Shown: positions 1 to 9,968, counted from the first letter of the stretch. The stretch: 64,000 nucleotides of DNA from Sedimentisphaerales bacterium (GCA_050014075.1 JBEKEA010000007.1:4119-68118); one strand, 5' to 3'. The notes: generated by a model not told the origin, from the letters alone. Translations and numbers: made by a program.

Positions 1-1352
1 GCTAAATCCGGGTTGATTCTTATTGCCTGCTGATAGGCATCTATCGCCTCGGTCCAGCGGCCAAGGCTGTCGTAAGCAGCGCCGAGATTATAGCACGCAA
101 GATAATTATTTTGCGTTACCTGGCGGGCATGTGAAAAAAGCGTGATACTGTTTTTCCAATAGCTTGTCTGCCGGCCTGCGCATATTCCAAGGGTCGTCAG
201 CACTATTACCATCGATACGCCGAGAATGATTTTTCGTTGAGGCGACACCGAAATCCATTTTGCAGACAATTCAGACAGACCCCAGGCGATGATAATAAAT
301 AAACCTGTAAGAGTAATATAAGTGTAGCGGTCTGCCATGGCGAAACTTCCCACCTGAATCAGACCGATAACAGGCACAAGCGTTCCAAGATACCAGAACC
401 AGCCTGTGACGAGGTATCGGTGGTTTTTGGCAAACCGAAGGACAAAAATTGTTACTATCAGCAAAAAAACGGCTGAGATTACCGCGTATAAAACCGATAC
501 GTTTGTAAATGGATGCGGATAAAAGGCGGCCAGATGACTGGGGCGAAACAATTTCTCTATGTATTCCACATAAGAAATAAGAGCATTATAGATGCGGAAC
601 TTCAAACTAAACTTTGTAAATGTCGTCAGCGATGTCGTCAGCGACCCAAGGCCTCTCTGTGTAAAAAATGCTATGACACTGAATACAGCCGCAAGAATAA
701 TGAAAGGAATTTTCTCCAGCAGCAGACGCCAGGATATTTTTCGCTCCAGCGGCCAATAATCCAGCAGAAGCAGGACAAACGGCAAAGTAACGAGCATAGG
801 TTTTGCCATAATACCCATCACAAAGAACAGTAATACCAGCAGATATCGCCAAATATTCGGCTGTTTGGCATACTGCAGATATGCCCACATCGTCAAAATC
901 CAGAAAAAAGTGCTCAGGATATCTTTGCGACAAGAAACCCAGGCAATAGCTTCAACGTGCAAAGGATGAAGAGCAAAGAGAGCGGCCACAAAAGCACTTT
1001 GCCAAATCGTGTTAGTCATTTGTTTAAGAACAAGGAAAAGGAGCAATGTATTTGCAATGTGAAAAAACAGATTGGTAAGATGGAAACCTGCCGGATTAGA
1101 ACCGAAAAGCTGCCAGTCCAGCATATACGAAAGCCATGTCAAGGGATTCCAGTTGCCGTAGTAACCTGTAGTGAACGCCCATTTGACGGACTGGAGCGTG
1201 ATGGTTTGGATGTTCAGATTTCCTGTAACGTAAGTAGGATCGTCATAATTGACGAAATCGAAATTCCTGACCTGCCAGAAGACAAGCAAAGTACTAACTG
1301 CTAAGGCGAAATAAATCGAAAGGACAATATTTTTTTTAATCTGTTGGGACAT
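1..1352 (-). CDS. TPR-repeat, GT-C-like (TMTC/PMT-type) polytopic membrane protein; N-terminal ~450 aa only, C-terminus runs off the window start
   Basis: My own translation of the minus strand from ATG at 1352 is open all the way to position 1 (MSQQIKKNIVLSIYFALAVSTLLVFWQVRNFDFVNYDD...AYDSLGRWTEAIDAYQQAIRINPDL). It is colinear with, and by eye mostly identical to, ORF 1432..3237. It is absent from the ORF track because no stop lies inside the window. Confidence 0.8.
   Translation of the reverse strand, partial: MSQQIKKNIVLSIYFALAVSTLLVFWQVRNFDFVNYDDPTYVTGNLNIQTITLQSVKWAFTTGYYGNWNPLTWLSYMLDWQLFGSNPAGFHLTNLFFHIANTLLLFLVLKQMTNTIWQSAFVAALFALHPLHVEAIAWVSCRKDILSTFFWILTMWAYLQYAKQPNIWRYLLVLLFFVMGIMAKPMLVTLPFVLLLLDYWPLERKISWRLLLEKIPFIILAAVFSVIAFFTQRGLGSLTTSLTTFTKFSLKFRIYNALISYVEYIEKLFRPSHLAAFYPHPFTNVSVLYAVISAVFLLIVTIFVLRFAKNHRYLVTGWFWYLGTLVPVIGLIQVGSFAMADRYTYITLTGLFIIIAWGLSELSAKWISVSPQRKIILGVSMVIVLTTLGICAGRQTSYWKNSITLFSHARQVTQNNYLACYNLGAAYDSLGRWTEAIDAYQQAIRINPDL
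621..644. repeat. Perfect 12-bp tandem duplication (tgtcgtcagcga x2), in frame within the partial TPR/GT-C paralog (encodes SLTT-SLTT)
   Basis: Read directly: 621..632 and 633..644 are identical. The paralog 1432..3237 has no such doubled tetrapeptide at the aligned position. Confidence 0.9.
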
Positions 1353-1431
1353 AGGGTTATATTTTCATTTGTTAATCTGATTTAAGAGTTTATTTGCAAG
1401 CTCGGGGTTTAAAGACTTAAGAATATTATAT

Positions 1432-3237
1432 TCAGCCAGAGCAGATTTTTTGTCGCCTATCGCCAGGTAAGCAACGCCTCGCCAGGTAAGCAACGCCGAG
1501 ATTCTTGTGTGCTATGGCTAAATCTGGCTTGATTTTTATGGCCTGTTTGTAGGCGTCTATCGCCTCAGCATAGCGGCTAAGACCGCTGTAGGCAAAGCCA
1601 AGATTATTGTACGCTTCGGCTAAACCCGGCTTGATGTTTATGGCCTGCTTATAGGCATCTATTGCCTCAGCATAGCGTCCAAGCCTGCGGTAAACAATGC
1701 CGAGATTAGTATACACTTCGGCGTCCGGCCTGATTCTTATGGCCTGGCTGAAATCCTCTATCGCCTCGGGATAACGGCCAATATCGTCATAGGCAGCGCC
1801 ACGATTATTGTATGCATCGGCGTAATGTGGTCTGATTTTTACGGCTTGCCCAAATTCCTCTATCGCCTCGGGATAACGGCCAATATCATTGTAAGCAATG
1901 CCAAGATTATTATACGCAATATAATTGTTTTGTGTTACCTGGTTGGCGTGTGAAAAAAGTGTAAAGCTGTTCTTCCAATAGCTTGTCTGCCGATGAGCGC
2001 ATACTCCTAATGCCGTCAACACTATTACCATAGATACACCAAAAGCAATTTTCCGCTGCGGCGACTCGACTGAGCTCGCCGAAGTCAATTTTTTCAGCAA
2101 TTCCGGCAGGCCCCAGGCGACGATAATAAATAAACCTGTAAGAGTAATATAAGTGTATCGGTCAGCCCTGGCGAAATTGCCAACCTGAATAATGCCGATA
2201 ACAGGGACAAGGGTCCCAAGATACCAGAACCAGCCTGTGACGAGGTATCGGTGATTTTTGGCGAATCGAATTACAAGAATTGTTACGGCCAGCAGGACAG
2301 CGGCTGAAATTACCACATATAAAACGGATATGTTTTCAATGGGGTGAGGATAAAACACGGCCAGGCGACTGGGCCAAAACATTTTTTCTATATATTTCAT
2401 ATAAGATATTAAAGCATTGGCAATGCGAAACTTTAAAGGGAGCACGGCAAAGGACGAAATCGAACTGCCGCTTCGCTGGGTAAGAAAGGCCATAACACTT
2501 GAAGCAATCGAAAGAACAATGAAAGGTATTTTCTCCAAAACCAAACGATAGACAATTTGCCTGTCAAAATGTTTTATACGATTTAACGGCCAGTAATCCA
2601 GTAGAAGAAATACAAACGGAAAAGTAACCAGCATCGGTTTTGCCATAAGACCCAAAGCGAAAATAAATAAGACAAGCAGGTAGCGCACGATGCCGGGCTT
2701 TTTGACATATTGCCAATACGCCAACATTGTCAGCAGCCAGAAAAAAGTGCTTAATACATCTTTTCGCTCGGCGACCCAGGCAACAGATTCGACGTGAAGC
2801 GGATGAAGGGCAAAAAGAGCTGCAACAAATGCGCTTTGCCAGAGCTTCTGCGTCATCTGCCTGAGCACAAGAAAGAGAATTAAAGTATTTGCGATATGAA
2901 GGATAAGATTTGTGATGTGAAATCCAGCGGGAGTGGCGCCTCCCGTAAGGGATAACTGCCGGTCCAGCATAAGCGAAAGCCAGGTTAAGGGATGCCAGAA
3001 GGATGCGAAACCTGTGGTAAATGCCCAAATGACATTGCCGGCGGTCAGGCCGTTTAAAACGTGGGGATTTGCATATACGTAAACATTATCGTCATAATTG
3101 ATAAAATCGAAATTCCTGACCTGCCAAAAGACAAGCAAAGTACTGACTGCTAAGGCGAAATAAATCGAAAGGACAAGAGATTTTTTTACCTGTTCGAGCA
3201 TAGACAACAATATATTTACACGAACATTTGTTGTCAA
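1432..3237 (-). CDS. TPR-repeat, GT-C-like (TMTC/PMT-type) polytopic membrane protein; the 3' end is frameshifted by a 19-bp duplication
   Basis: 601-aa ORF. The N-terminal ~430 aa form many TM helices, with an NYDD acidic motif in the first loop as in GT-C mannosyltransferase-like proteins. The C-terminus has 5-6 TPR units (YNNLGIAY..GRYPEAIEEF..). The last 14 aa (RRCLPGDRRQKICSG) break the TPR pattern. Confidence 0.8.
   Translation of the reverse strand: MTTNVRVNILLSMLEQVKKSLVLSIYFALAVSTLLVFWQVRNFDFINYDDNVYVYANPHVLNGLTAGNVIWAFTTGFASFWHPLTWLSLMLDRQLSLTGGATPAGFHITNLILHIANTLILFLVLRQMTQKLWQSAFVAALFALHPLHVESVAWVAERKDVLSTFFWLLTMLAYWQYVKKPGIVRYLLVLFIFALGLMAKPMLVTFPFVFLLLDYWPLNRIKHFDRQIVYRLVLEKIPFIVLSIASSVMAFLTQRSGSSISSFAVLPLKFRIANALISYMKYIEKMFWPSRLAVFYPHPIENISVLYVVISAAVLLAVTILVIRFAKNHRYLVTGWFWYLGTLVPVIGIIQVGNFARADRYTYITLTGLFIIVAWGLPELLKKLTSASSVESPQRKIAFGVSMVIVLTALGVCAHRQTSYWKNSFTLFSHANQVTQNNYIAYNNLGIAYNDIGRYPEAIEEFGQAVKIRPHYADAYNNRGAAYDDIGRYPEAIEDFSQAIRIRPDAEVYTNLGIVYRRLGRYAEAIDAYKQAINIKPGLAEAYNNLGFAYSGLSRYAEAIDAYKQAIKIKPDLAIAHKNLGVAYLARRCLPGDRRQKICSG
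1461..1498. repeat. 19-bp direct tandem duplication (cgccaggtaagcaacgcc + 1 nt, x2) causing a frameshift
   Basis: 1461..1478 equals 1480..1497, with period 19. Deleting one copy restores ...NLGVAYLAIGDKKSALAEYNILKSLNPELANKLLNQINK, ending at TGA 1365..1367. Confidence 0.9.
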
Positions 3238-3271
3238 GGAGCAAAACGATGCCGGATAAACTGATTTAAAA

Positions 3272-3300
3272 TAAAAAAGCCGGGCAGCAAGACCCGGCCT
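3272..3300 (-). terminator. Rho-independent terminator downstream of PEP-CTERM gene 3327..3953
   Basis: On the minus strand ggccggg-tcttgct-cccggc(t) is followed by ttttttatttt, 27 nt after the stop codon. Confidence 0.7.
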
Positions 3301-3326
3301 TTGTTTGAATTATTGAAGTTTTTTTA

Positions 3327-3953
3327 TTATCGGGATTTCCTCAAAAGCAAACCGCCCAAGCCGAGCAGTAAAAGCGTAGCGGGTTCCGGGACAGGGCTAT
3401 GAACATAGCCAACAGTGTATGTTCCTGTCGGGCCGGCAATCGGAACATAAATAGTGCCCATTTCATTTAGCCATGTAGTAGTAGATGCATGCCATTGAAA
3501 ATCCTGAGACTCGTTAGGATTATCAAATCCAAATGTAACAGAGTCACCGATATTGATGACAGCGTTTCCAGTCCAGAGTATCCCGCCTAAAGAATCGGAT
3601 ACATCCCGCGTCGGATAAACTCCGTGCGGTGTTTCGGTTCCGGTTGTGGTCAAGATACTGTAACTTCCTCCAAGTTCATCCCATGCCGCAACTACAGCGG
3701 TAGAGGTGAACCCTTCAGGCGCGACCCAGTTTGAATAATCGGAGATGGCGAGATCTCCTGTGCCGATATAAAACTCTGTGAGAGTTACGGAGCTGCCCCA
3801 GATATTGTGCAGCGTATATTGGTAGTCACGCTGTCCGCCACCACTACATAGAGTTCCTTCGCAGGATATCGTAAGAGGTGGTGCAACGGTTCCAAAGGCC
3901 AACTCAGCCGTGAGCAACATAGCGCAAACGGCCAAAAACATAATCTTCTTCAT
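3327..3953 (-). CDS. PEP-CTERM sorting-domain secreted protein (paralog A)
   Basis: N-terminal signal peptide and a C-terminal VPEPATLLLLGLGGLLLRKSR (PEP motif + TM + basic tail). It aligns without gaps to the 208-aa neighbour. Confidence 0.85.
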   Translation of the reverse strand: MKKIMFLAVCAMLLTAELAFGTVAPPLTISCEGTLCSGGGQRDYQYTLHNIWGSSVTLTEFYIGTGDLAISDYSNWVAPEGFTSTAVVAAWDELGGSYSILTTTGTETPHGVYPTRDVSDSLGGILWTGNAVINIGDSVTFGFDNPNESQDFQWHASTTTWLNEMGTIYVPIAGPTGTYTVGYVHSPVPEPATLLLLGLGGLLLRKSR

Positions 3954-3997
3954 CTTCTTCTCTTTCCAAAAAGTAAAATATAATTTCTGTGTTTCAC

Positions 3998-4016
3998 CTC
4001 GCCAGAGGCGGGTAAA
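3998..4016. repeat. Member of the CGCC-NNN-GGCG hairpin repeat family (ctcgcc-aga-ggcggg + taaa)
   Basis: Hairpin read in the spacer between the two PEP-CTERM genes. The ggcgggtaaa core recurs as the reverse complement at 27262..27277 and as gagggtaaac at 10101..10110. Confidence 0.6.
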
Positions 4017-4035
4017 TATTTGAATTAATTATTTT

Positions 4036-4662
4036 TCAGCGTTTTTTTCTCAAGAGCAAACCGCCGAGAGAAAGCAAAATTAAAGTAGCCGGTTCGGGAA
4101 CAGGGCTATGGACATAGCCGCCAGTGAATGTGCCTGTCGGGCCGGCAATCGCCACATAACTGGCACCCATTATATTTGCCCCTGTAGTAGTCAATGCATC
4201 CCATTGAACGTCCCAAGACTGGTTAGGATTATCAAATCCAAATGTGACAGTGGCACCAGCCTCGAGGGTAATATCTCCAGTCCAAACTATCCCGCCTGAA
4301 GAAGCAAATGTTGACTGCGACGGCTTAACTCCGTGCGGTGTTTCGGTTCCAGTTGTGGGCAAGACGCTGTAATTTCCTCCGAGCACATCCCATGCCGCAA
4401 CCTCAGCGGTAGAGGTGAAACCTTCAGGTGCAATCCAGTTTGAATAATCGGAGATGGCGAGATCCTGTGTGCCTATATAAAACTTTGTGATAGTTATGGA
4501 GTTCGTCCATGGATTGTGCAGCGTATATTGGTAGTCGCGCTGCCCGCCACCACTACATAGTGTTCCTTCACAGGATATGTTAATAAGTGGTACAGTAGCG
4601 CCTAAGGCGAACCCAGCCGTCAGCAACATAGCGCAAACGACCAAAAACACCATCTTCTTCAT
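4036..4662 (-). CDS. PEP-CTERM sorting-domain secreted protein (paralog B)
   Basis: Signal peptide and a C-terminal VPEPATLILLSLGGLLLRKKR. It shares CEGTLCSGGGQRDYQYTLHN and other blocks with paralog A. Confidence 0.85.
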   Translation of the reverse strand: MKKMVFLVVCAMLLTAGFALGATVPLINISCEGTLCSGGGQRDYQYTLHNPWTNSITITKFYIGTQDLAISDYSNWIAPEGFTSTAEVAAWDVLGGNYSVLPTTGTETPHGVKPSQSTFASSGGIVWTGDITLEAGATVTFGFDNPNQSWDVQWDALTTTGANIMGASYVAIAGPTGTFTGGYVHSPVPEPATLILLSLGGLLLRKKR

Positions 4663-4960
4663 ATTCTTCTCCTTCCCAAAAGTTAAATATGATTAAATAT
4701 AACCTTTATCCAGGTATTTGATATTTTTCTTCTTTTGCAGCCGTTCTTCAGTGTCTGGCGATATTATATCCTCTCTTATTCTAAATTCAACTAAATTCCG
4801 GTTATTTCTGTCCGAAATTTCACCATTTGCCGGTTTTTTTGGTCGAGGGTTTCGGCAGATTCTTAAGAACCTCTGTAGATTTCTTAAGCTCCGTCTTTCT
4901 CACTAAGCAGTATTTTTCTATCCACCAATTATCTTCTTGTGAAAATCTGAACTTTTTATT

Positions 4961-6373
4961 CTATATCTTCATTCCAAAATAATTTTTGGCATTATTGAAG
5001 CAAATATCCTCAACCATTTGGCCGAGGAGTTTTATATCTTTCGGTATAAGTCCGTTTTCGACATCATTGCCGAGAATATTGCATAAAATTCTGCGGAAAT
5101 ACTCGTGCCTCGGATACGAAAGGAAACTTCGCGAATCAGTGAGCATACCGACAAACCTGCTTAAAAGGCCGAGGTTCGACAGCGCGGTCATCTGCTTTTC
5201 CATACCGTCCCTCTGGTCGAGGAACCACCAGCCTGAGCCGAACTGCATTTTGCCCGGAGCCGAGCCGTCCTGGAAACTGCCGTTAATCGTGGCCAGAAGC
5301 TCGTTGTCGCGCGGGTTGAGATTGTAGAGAATTGTTTTTGGCAGTTTTTTCCGCGAATCGAGCCTGTCGAGGAATTTAACCAAAGCCCTGCCGATGTCAA
5401 AATCGCCGATGGAATCGAAGCCGGTATCGGGGCCGAGCGATTTGAATAGTCTGCTATTGTTATTCCGCAACGCGCCCATATGAAGCTGCTGGACCCAGCC
5501 TTTTTCGGCGTCCATCAGGCCAAACTCGAACATCATCGCGGATTTGAACTTGAGGATTTCGCCGGCGTCGAGGTCTTTGCCGCTTCGAATCTTATCAAAG
5601 ATTTTTTTAATTTCGCTATCGGTATAATCATCCGCATAGGCTGTTTCAATTCCGTGGTCGCTCAACCGGCAGCCGGCGGCGTGGAAATAATCGTGTCTTT
5701 TTCTTAAGGCTGCCAGATAATCGTCAAAATTCTTTATATCCATACCCGCGGCCTGGCTGAGTTTGTCTATCCATTCGCTGACGGCTTTTACATTTTCAAC
5801 GGCCATTCCCTTATCGGGGCGCCAGGCGGGATAAACCTTTACTTCAAAACCATCTGCGGCGATTTTTTTGTGATGGCGAAGGTCGTCTATCGGGTCGTCG
5901 GTTGTGCAGACGACTTTTACGTTCATCTGGCGCATAATGCCGCGAGTGCTGAACTGCGGCGTTTTCAAAAGCTCATTGCATTTATCGTAAATTTCTTTTG
6001 CCGTTTGCGGGCCGAGCAATTTATCGCCGATACCGAAAGGCCTTTTTAATTCCATATGCGTCCAGTGATACAACGGATTGCGAAGGCAGTGCGGGACGGT
6101 CTGCGCCCATTTTTCGAATTTTTCCCAATCGGAGGCGTCGCCGGTGCAGAACCGTTCATCAACGCCGTTGGTTCTCATCGCCCGCCATTTGTAATGGTCG
6201 CCGTAAAGCCAGATTTGCGTTAAATTTTTAAACTGAATGTCATCGGCAACCTGCTGGACAGGTAAATGACAATGATAATCGAAAATAGGCATCTTTGAGG
6301 CGTGCTCATGATAAAGATGTTTTGCTGTGTCAGTCTGTAAAAGAAAATCTTTGTGAATAAATTCAGACGGCAT
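4961..6373 (-). CDS. uxaC: Glucuronate (uronate) isomerase
   Basis: 470 aa. The N-terminus FIHKDFLLQTDTAKHLYHEHASKMPIFDYHCHL is the characteristic UxaC start, and the length is typical. Confidence 0.9.
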   Translation of the reverse strand: MPSEFIHKDFLLQTDTAKHLYHEHASKMPIFDYHCHLPVQQVADDIQFKNLTQIWLYGDHYKWRAMRTNGVDERFCTGDASDWEKFEKWAQTVPHCLRNPLYHWTHMELKRPFGIGDKLLGPQTAKEIYDKCNELLKTPQFSTRGIMRQMNVKVVCTTDDPIDDLRHHKKIAADGFEVKVYPAWRPDKGMAVENVKAVSEWIDKLSQAAGMDIKNFDDYLAALRKRHDYFHAAGCRLSDHGIETAYADDYTDSEIKKIFDKIRSGKDLDAGEILKFKSAMMFEFGLMDAEKGWVQQLHMGALRNNNSRLFKSLGPDTGFDSIGDFDIGRALVKFLDRLDSRKKLPKTILYNLNPRDNELLATINGSFQDGSAPGKMQFGSGWWFLDQRDGMEKQMTALSNLGLLSRFVGMLTDSRSFLSYPRHEYFRRILCNILGNDVENGLIPKDIKLLGQMVEDICFNNAKNYFGMKI

Positions 6374-6384
6374 ATTCTATTTCC

Positions 6385-7587
6385 TTAAAGACCTAAAGCC
6401 TTTCTCAATTTGGCGACCATATCAGTTTTTTCCCAGGTGAAATTGGGGCCTGTTCTGCCAAAATGGCCGTGATATGAAGTTGCCTCGTAAATCGGGCGTT
6501 TAAGTTTGAGATGGTCTATAATTCCCTTCGGCGTAAGCGGGAAAACTTTTCTTATGGCATCTTGCAGCTTTTTTTCGCTGACTTTTGCGGTACCCTGCGT
6601 ATCGACGTGAACCGAAATCGGCTGGGCAACGCCAATGGCGTAAGAGACCTGAATTTCACAGACATCGGCAAGACCTGCCGCGACGACATTCTTTGCGATA
6701 TATCTTCCCATATAGCTTGCGGAACGGTCAACCTTCGATGGGTCTTTTCCGCTAAATGCGCCGCCGCCATGATGTCCGCTGCCGCCGTAACTATCGACGA
6801 TAATTTTTCTGCCTGTCAGGCCGCAGTCGCCTTTCGGGCCGCCGATAACAAATCTGCCGGTAGGATTAATGTGGAAGATAATATTTTTATCAACCATTTT
6901 CTTCGGCAGCACGGGCAGAATAACTTTTTTAATTATCTCGCTGCGGAGTTTATTGTATGCAACGTCCGGCGAATGCTGCGTGGAAACGATAACAGTATGA
7001 ATCCTGTAAGGTTTTCCGTTTCGGTATTCGACGGTTACCTGGCTTTTGCCATCCGGACGCAGCCAGGGAAGTTTTTTGGTTTGACGCATCAGTGCGAGTC
7101 TGGCGCATAGCATATGAGCAAGCTGAATCGGCATCGGCATAAGCTGCGGAGTATCCTTGCAGGCATAGCCGAACATAATTCCCTGGTCGCCGGCGCCCTG
7201 CTCTTTGTGCAAGCCCTGACCTTCGGTGACGCCTTGCGAAATATCGGGACTTTGTTTGCCGAGTCCAACCAGGACGGCGCAGTTATCATAATCGAAACCC
7301 ATTTCGGGGTCTGTGTAGCCTATATCCTTAATGACCTGACGAACCACCGCGGGCACATCGACAATGGCGTTTGATGTGATTTCGCCTGCTACCATAACCA
7401 TACCGGTCTTTACGAGCGTTTCGCAGGCAACTCTGCTATTGCGGTCCTGCTTAATATGCGCATCGAGAATGGCATCCGATATTCGGTCGGCGACCTTGTC
7501 AGGATGTCCCATTGTTACAGATTCGCTTGTAAAGAGGAAATTATCATTGCTGAAATTTAAATCGTTACGAACTTTCTTTGCTGTCAT
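6385..7587 (-). CDS. metK: S-adenosylmethionine synthetase
   Basis: Motifs [29 protein letters not shown] and [18 protein letters not shown] moved the start to ATG 7587 (MTAKK...) because the track start at 7638 would overlap the upstream gene. Confidence 0.95.
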   Translation of the reverse strand: MTAKKVRNDLNFSNDNFLFTSESVTMGHPDKVADRISDAILDAHIKQDRNSRVACETLVKTGMVMVAGEITSNAIVDVPAVVRQVIKDIGYTDPEMGFDYDNCAVLVGLGKQSPDISQGVTEGQGLHKEQGAGDQGIMFGYACKDTPQLMPMPIQLAHMLCARLALMRQTKKLPWLRPDGKSQVTVEYRNGKPYRIHTVIVSTQHSPDVAYNKLRSEIIKKVILPVLPKKMVDKNIIFHINPTGRFVIGGPKGDCGLTGRKIIVDSYGGSGHHGGGAFSGKDPSKVDRSASYMGRYIAKNVVAAGLADVCEIQVSYAIGVAQPISVHVDTQGTAKVSEKKLQDAIRKVFPLTPKGIIDHLKLKRPIYEATSYHGHFGRTGPNFTWEKTDMVAKLRKALGL

Positions 7588-7609
7588 ATAGATCCTTTTT
7601 AAACTAAAA

Positions 7610-8632
7610 TTATTTTTCCTGTTCCTGCGGCTGTTCATTAAGCTGCCAGTTGTATTTCAGATACTCAATAGTATATTCTTTTCGTTTAAGAAATTCCGCG
7701 TTTGCCGGCGAGACATAATCCTTTACAAAATTCAGTATCGCCCTGTCGCCGGGTTCCCGCTCCCTGAAAAGCTTATTTGTTCCATATTGTTTCAAAAATG
7801 CTTCCTCGTGCCATTGATACATTTTGAATATCGGCGAAAGATAAACAGCACTATTGATTTCATCTATCTTCAAGCCGTCAGGACTGGCAAAACAATTTCT
7901 TATCTGCTCGTCAAGCTGCTTTTCGAGCACTTTTCCCACATAAGGTTCGGCTCTCAGCGAAGCGCCGCTCAAAGTGCCGTAACATACAGCGAAACAAACC
8001 CTCGGCTCTTCAAACCTTCCGAGAAGGACGTCCCTTTCAATCTCGTCGAGCGTATATTGTATTCCCATTATCATAAAAAACGTCGTGGTTTTCAGGCCAC
8101 GGATGTGCATAACACTATTTGCAGGATAAAAGAACAGCATAAATCTCGAAGGCTTTATCGGATAATTATCAACTATGCCTTTCAATGTGCAGATATTATA
8201 TGCGTTTATCCAGAAAGCTATTTTTTCGTTTCTCGACCATGTAATGTAAACTTCCGGTTTTAGGTCGGCAAGATTTGCAGCCGCTCGATTCAATTCAAGC
8301 CGATATCTTCTCAGTTTGGCGTAATTTACAAGCCCCTGCTTATTAACATATCCATTAAATATTCCGGTAAAACCAAGATTAAACGCGTCTCCGCTGATAT
8401 ATCCGCCGAGAGAATTCGGCCCCTCAACCTCGGCGGCATTGATAAGCTCACGGCTATTTTTGGCGTCGTTACTGTCGTTAGGTTCCAAACCTTTCTTTAC
8501 GGACTTGTTATGGGCCGATGCCTTTGCCTCATTTTTTTGATGAGTATTGGCATCAGCAGCCCCAGCCGTTTGAAGAAGATTCCAGCCGGCAACCAATATA
8601 AACAACGATATAATTAACCTAAAATTTTTCAT
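7610..8632 (-). CDS. DUF547 domain-containing secreted protein
   Basis: Signal peptide ([25 protein letters not shown]) and an [20 protein letters not shown] block typical of DUF547. Confidence 0.6.
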   Translation of the reverse strand: MKNFRLIISLFILVAGWNLLQTAGAADANTHQKNEAKASAHNKSVKKGLEPNDSNDAKNSRELINAAEVEGPNSLGGYISGDAFNLGFTGIFNGYVNKQGLVNYAKLRRYRLELNRAAANLADLKPEVYITWSRNEKIAFWINAYNICTLKGIVDNYPIKPSRFMLFFYPANSVMHIRGLKTTTFFMIMGIQYTLDEIERDVLLGRFEEPRVCFAVCYGTLSGASLRAEPYVGKVLEKQLDEQIRNCFASPDGLKIDEINSAVYLSPIFKMYQWHEEAFLKQYGTNKLFREREPGDRAILNFVKDYVSPANAEFLKRKEYTIEYLKYNWQLNEQPQEQEK

Positions 8633-8831
8633 ATCTTTCCGGATATTTAACCCTTAACCTTACATCCTGCTATATTTTGCGAATTCCAGATTTTAATGAT
8701 TTCAGCCGCAATTGCCAGTCAAAAGTTTATCGATGGAACAAAAAACCAATAATTTGGAAATACCCTTGACAAAAGCAGCCATTTTGATTACTTTTTGAGC
8801 ATTGATTTTACCTATATTGTGTTTTTAACGG

Positions 8832-9968
8832 ATGTTACGAATCATGCGTATTAATCATATTCTTTCCTGTAGTCTGGTATTATTAATAGTTCTATGCCCT
8901 GTATTAGCCGTCAGTACAAGCAAAATAGATACCGTCAGAGGCAAAGAAACCGTTACCGATTCCGATACGGCCGTTATACAGCAGTTTTTGTCCGATGCTT
9001 TCTCGGAATTTTACGAAAAAACCGACTTTTCAGATGTCGCAGCCCTGCGAAACACAATTGTAAGCAAAAGCACCTCTTCCCTCGAGAGCGGGCAAATTCA
9101 ATATGGACCACGCTTCTTCACAATCGCTCAAAAAGAATTTTCCGATACCCTGAAACAAGTAAACGGACTTCCAGACGGCCAACGCAAGACCCTGCTGACA
9201 ATAAATTTACTGATATTGGCCAATGACCTTGGAAATCTCGAAATATCAAAATCCGCTCTTGATTATCTACAAAATTCCAATATCATTATGCGATATTGGG
9301 CAACAAACTGCCTGAGCAATGCAGCTATTCTTAGCCAACTAAACTATGATTCCGCAGAAAACCGCCAACTGGCTGATGATATAGTCAAACGGTTTTCCGC
9401 AAACATAAAGACAGAACAGTCCGGCGATATCCTTGCCATAATAGCTCAGTTCGCATCTGGATTGAAACGGCCGGCGGCAAATGACCTCTTAACGGAAATA
9501 GCACAAAAAAGGATAGACCTCTATATGGGCTGGAAGGTCAATGATGAAATGACCGACACCTTAATATTAAAGGCCCTTATCGATAGAACAACGACCGATG
9601 CCGACAGCAGTAAAGTAATGACAAAAAATTTCTCAATTCTCTATTCAGTCATAATACAAAGGTATGCCATGGGCGACCAGCTTAGCGAAACAAATAAAAG
9701 CAGCCTTGTTTCTGTAATTACCCAGTCTGAAAAACTCCTAACCAAGTTTATCCCCGATTGGCAGGGTTCACTAAAAAGAGCAATAGAAAAAGGCGGCGGC
9801 ACCGGCCTACTCGCGGAACATGATTCACTATTCGGCTCAGCAAGCGCAGCGGGAAAACTGCCGGCTGCGGCAGGATTCGATTATGGTAAAAATCCCGATG
9901 GCTCAGCCAGGACCGCCCCGCCGACACTTCCTAAACCATCGACTGAAAAAAAGGCTGAAAAAAAATAG
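8832..9968 (+). CDS. Hypothetical secreted helical-repeat protein with a Pro/Lys-rich tail
   Basis: 378-aa ORF with an N-terminal hydrophobic signal. I recognise no motif. Confidence 0.5.
   Translation: MLRIMRINHILSCSLVLLIVLCPVLAVSTSKIDTVRGKETVTDSDTAVIQQFLSDAFSEFYEKTDFSDVAALRNTIVSKSTSSLESGQIQYGPRFFTIAQKEFSDTLKQVNGLPDGQRKTLLTINLLILANDLGNLEISKSALDYLQNSNIIMRYWATNCLSNAAILSQLNYDSAENRQLADDIVKRFSANIKTEQSGDILAIIAQFASGLKRPAANDLLTEIAQKRIDLYMGWKVNDEMTDTLILKALIDRTTTDADSSKVMTKNFSILYSVIIQRYAMGDQLSETNKSSLVSVITQSEKLLTKFIPDWQGSLKRAIEKGGGTGLLAEHDSLFGSASAAGKLPAAAGFDYGKNPDGSARTAPPTLPKPSTEKKAEKK

Noticed and set aside
513-1304. Track ORFs 513..833(+), 607..933(-) and 957..1304(+)
   Set aside because: All lie inside, and out of frame with or antisense to, the uninterrupted minus-strand reading frame 1..1352. 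That frame is clearly homologous to the 601-aa neighbour.
4862-4887. Hairpin cttaagaa-N10-ttcttaag downstream of uxaC as a terminator
   Set aside because: The stem is AT-rich, the loop is 10 nt, and no U-tract follows on the relevant (minus) strand. Support is too weak.
7588-7638. N-terminal extensions given by the ORF track for metK (also tolC-like 42878..42934, secretin 45394..45471, hisS 63268..63282)
   Set aside because: The extensions overlap upstream genes or precede an obvious signal peptide or conserved N-terminus. The hisS extension starts at TTG. Internal ATGs give canonical N-termini.
8633-8831. SAM riboswitch upstream of the DUF547-metK operon
   Set aside because: I could not find SAM-I/II-like conserved stems or core nucleotides by eye on the minus strand. 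metK starts only 22 nt after the upstream gene. This needs cmscan to exclude formally.
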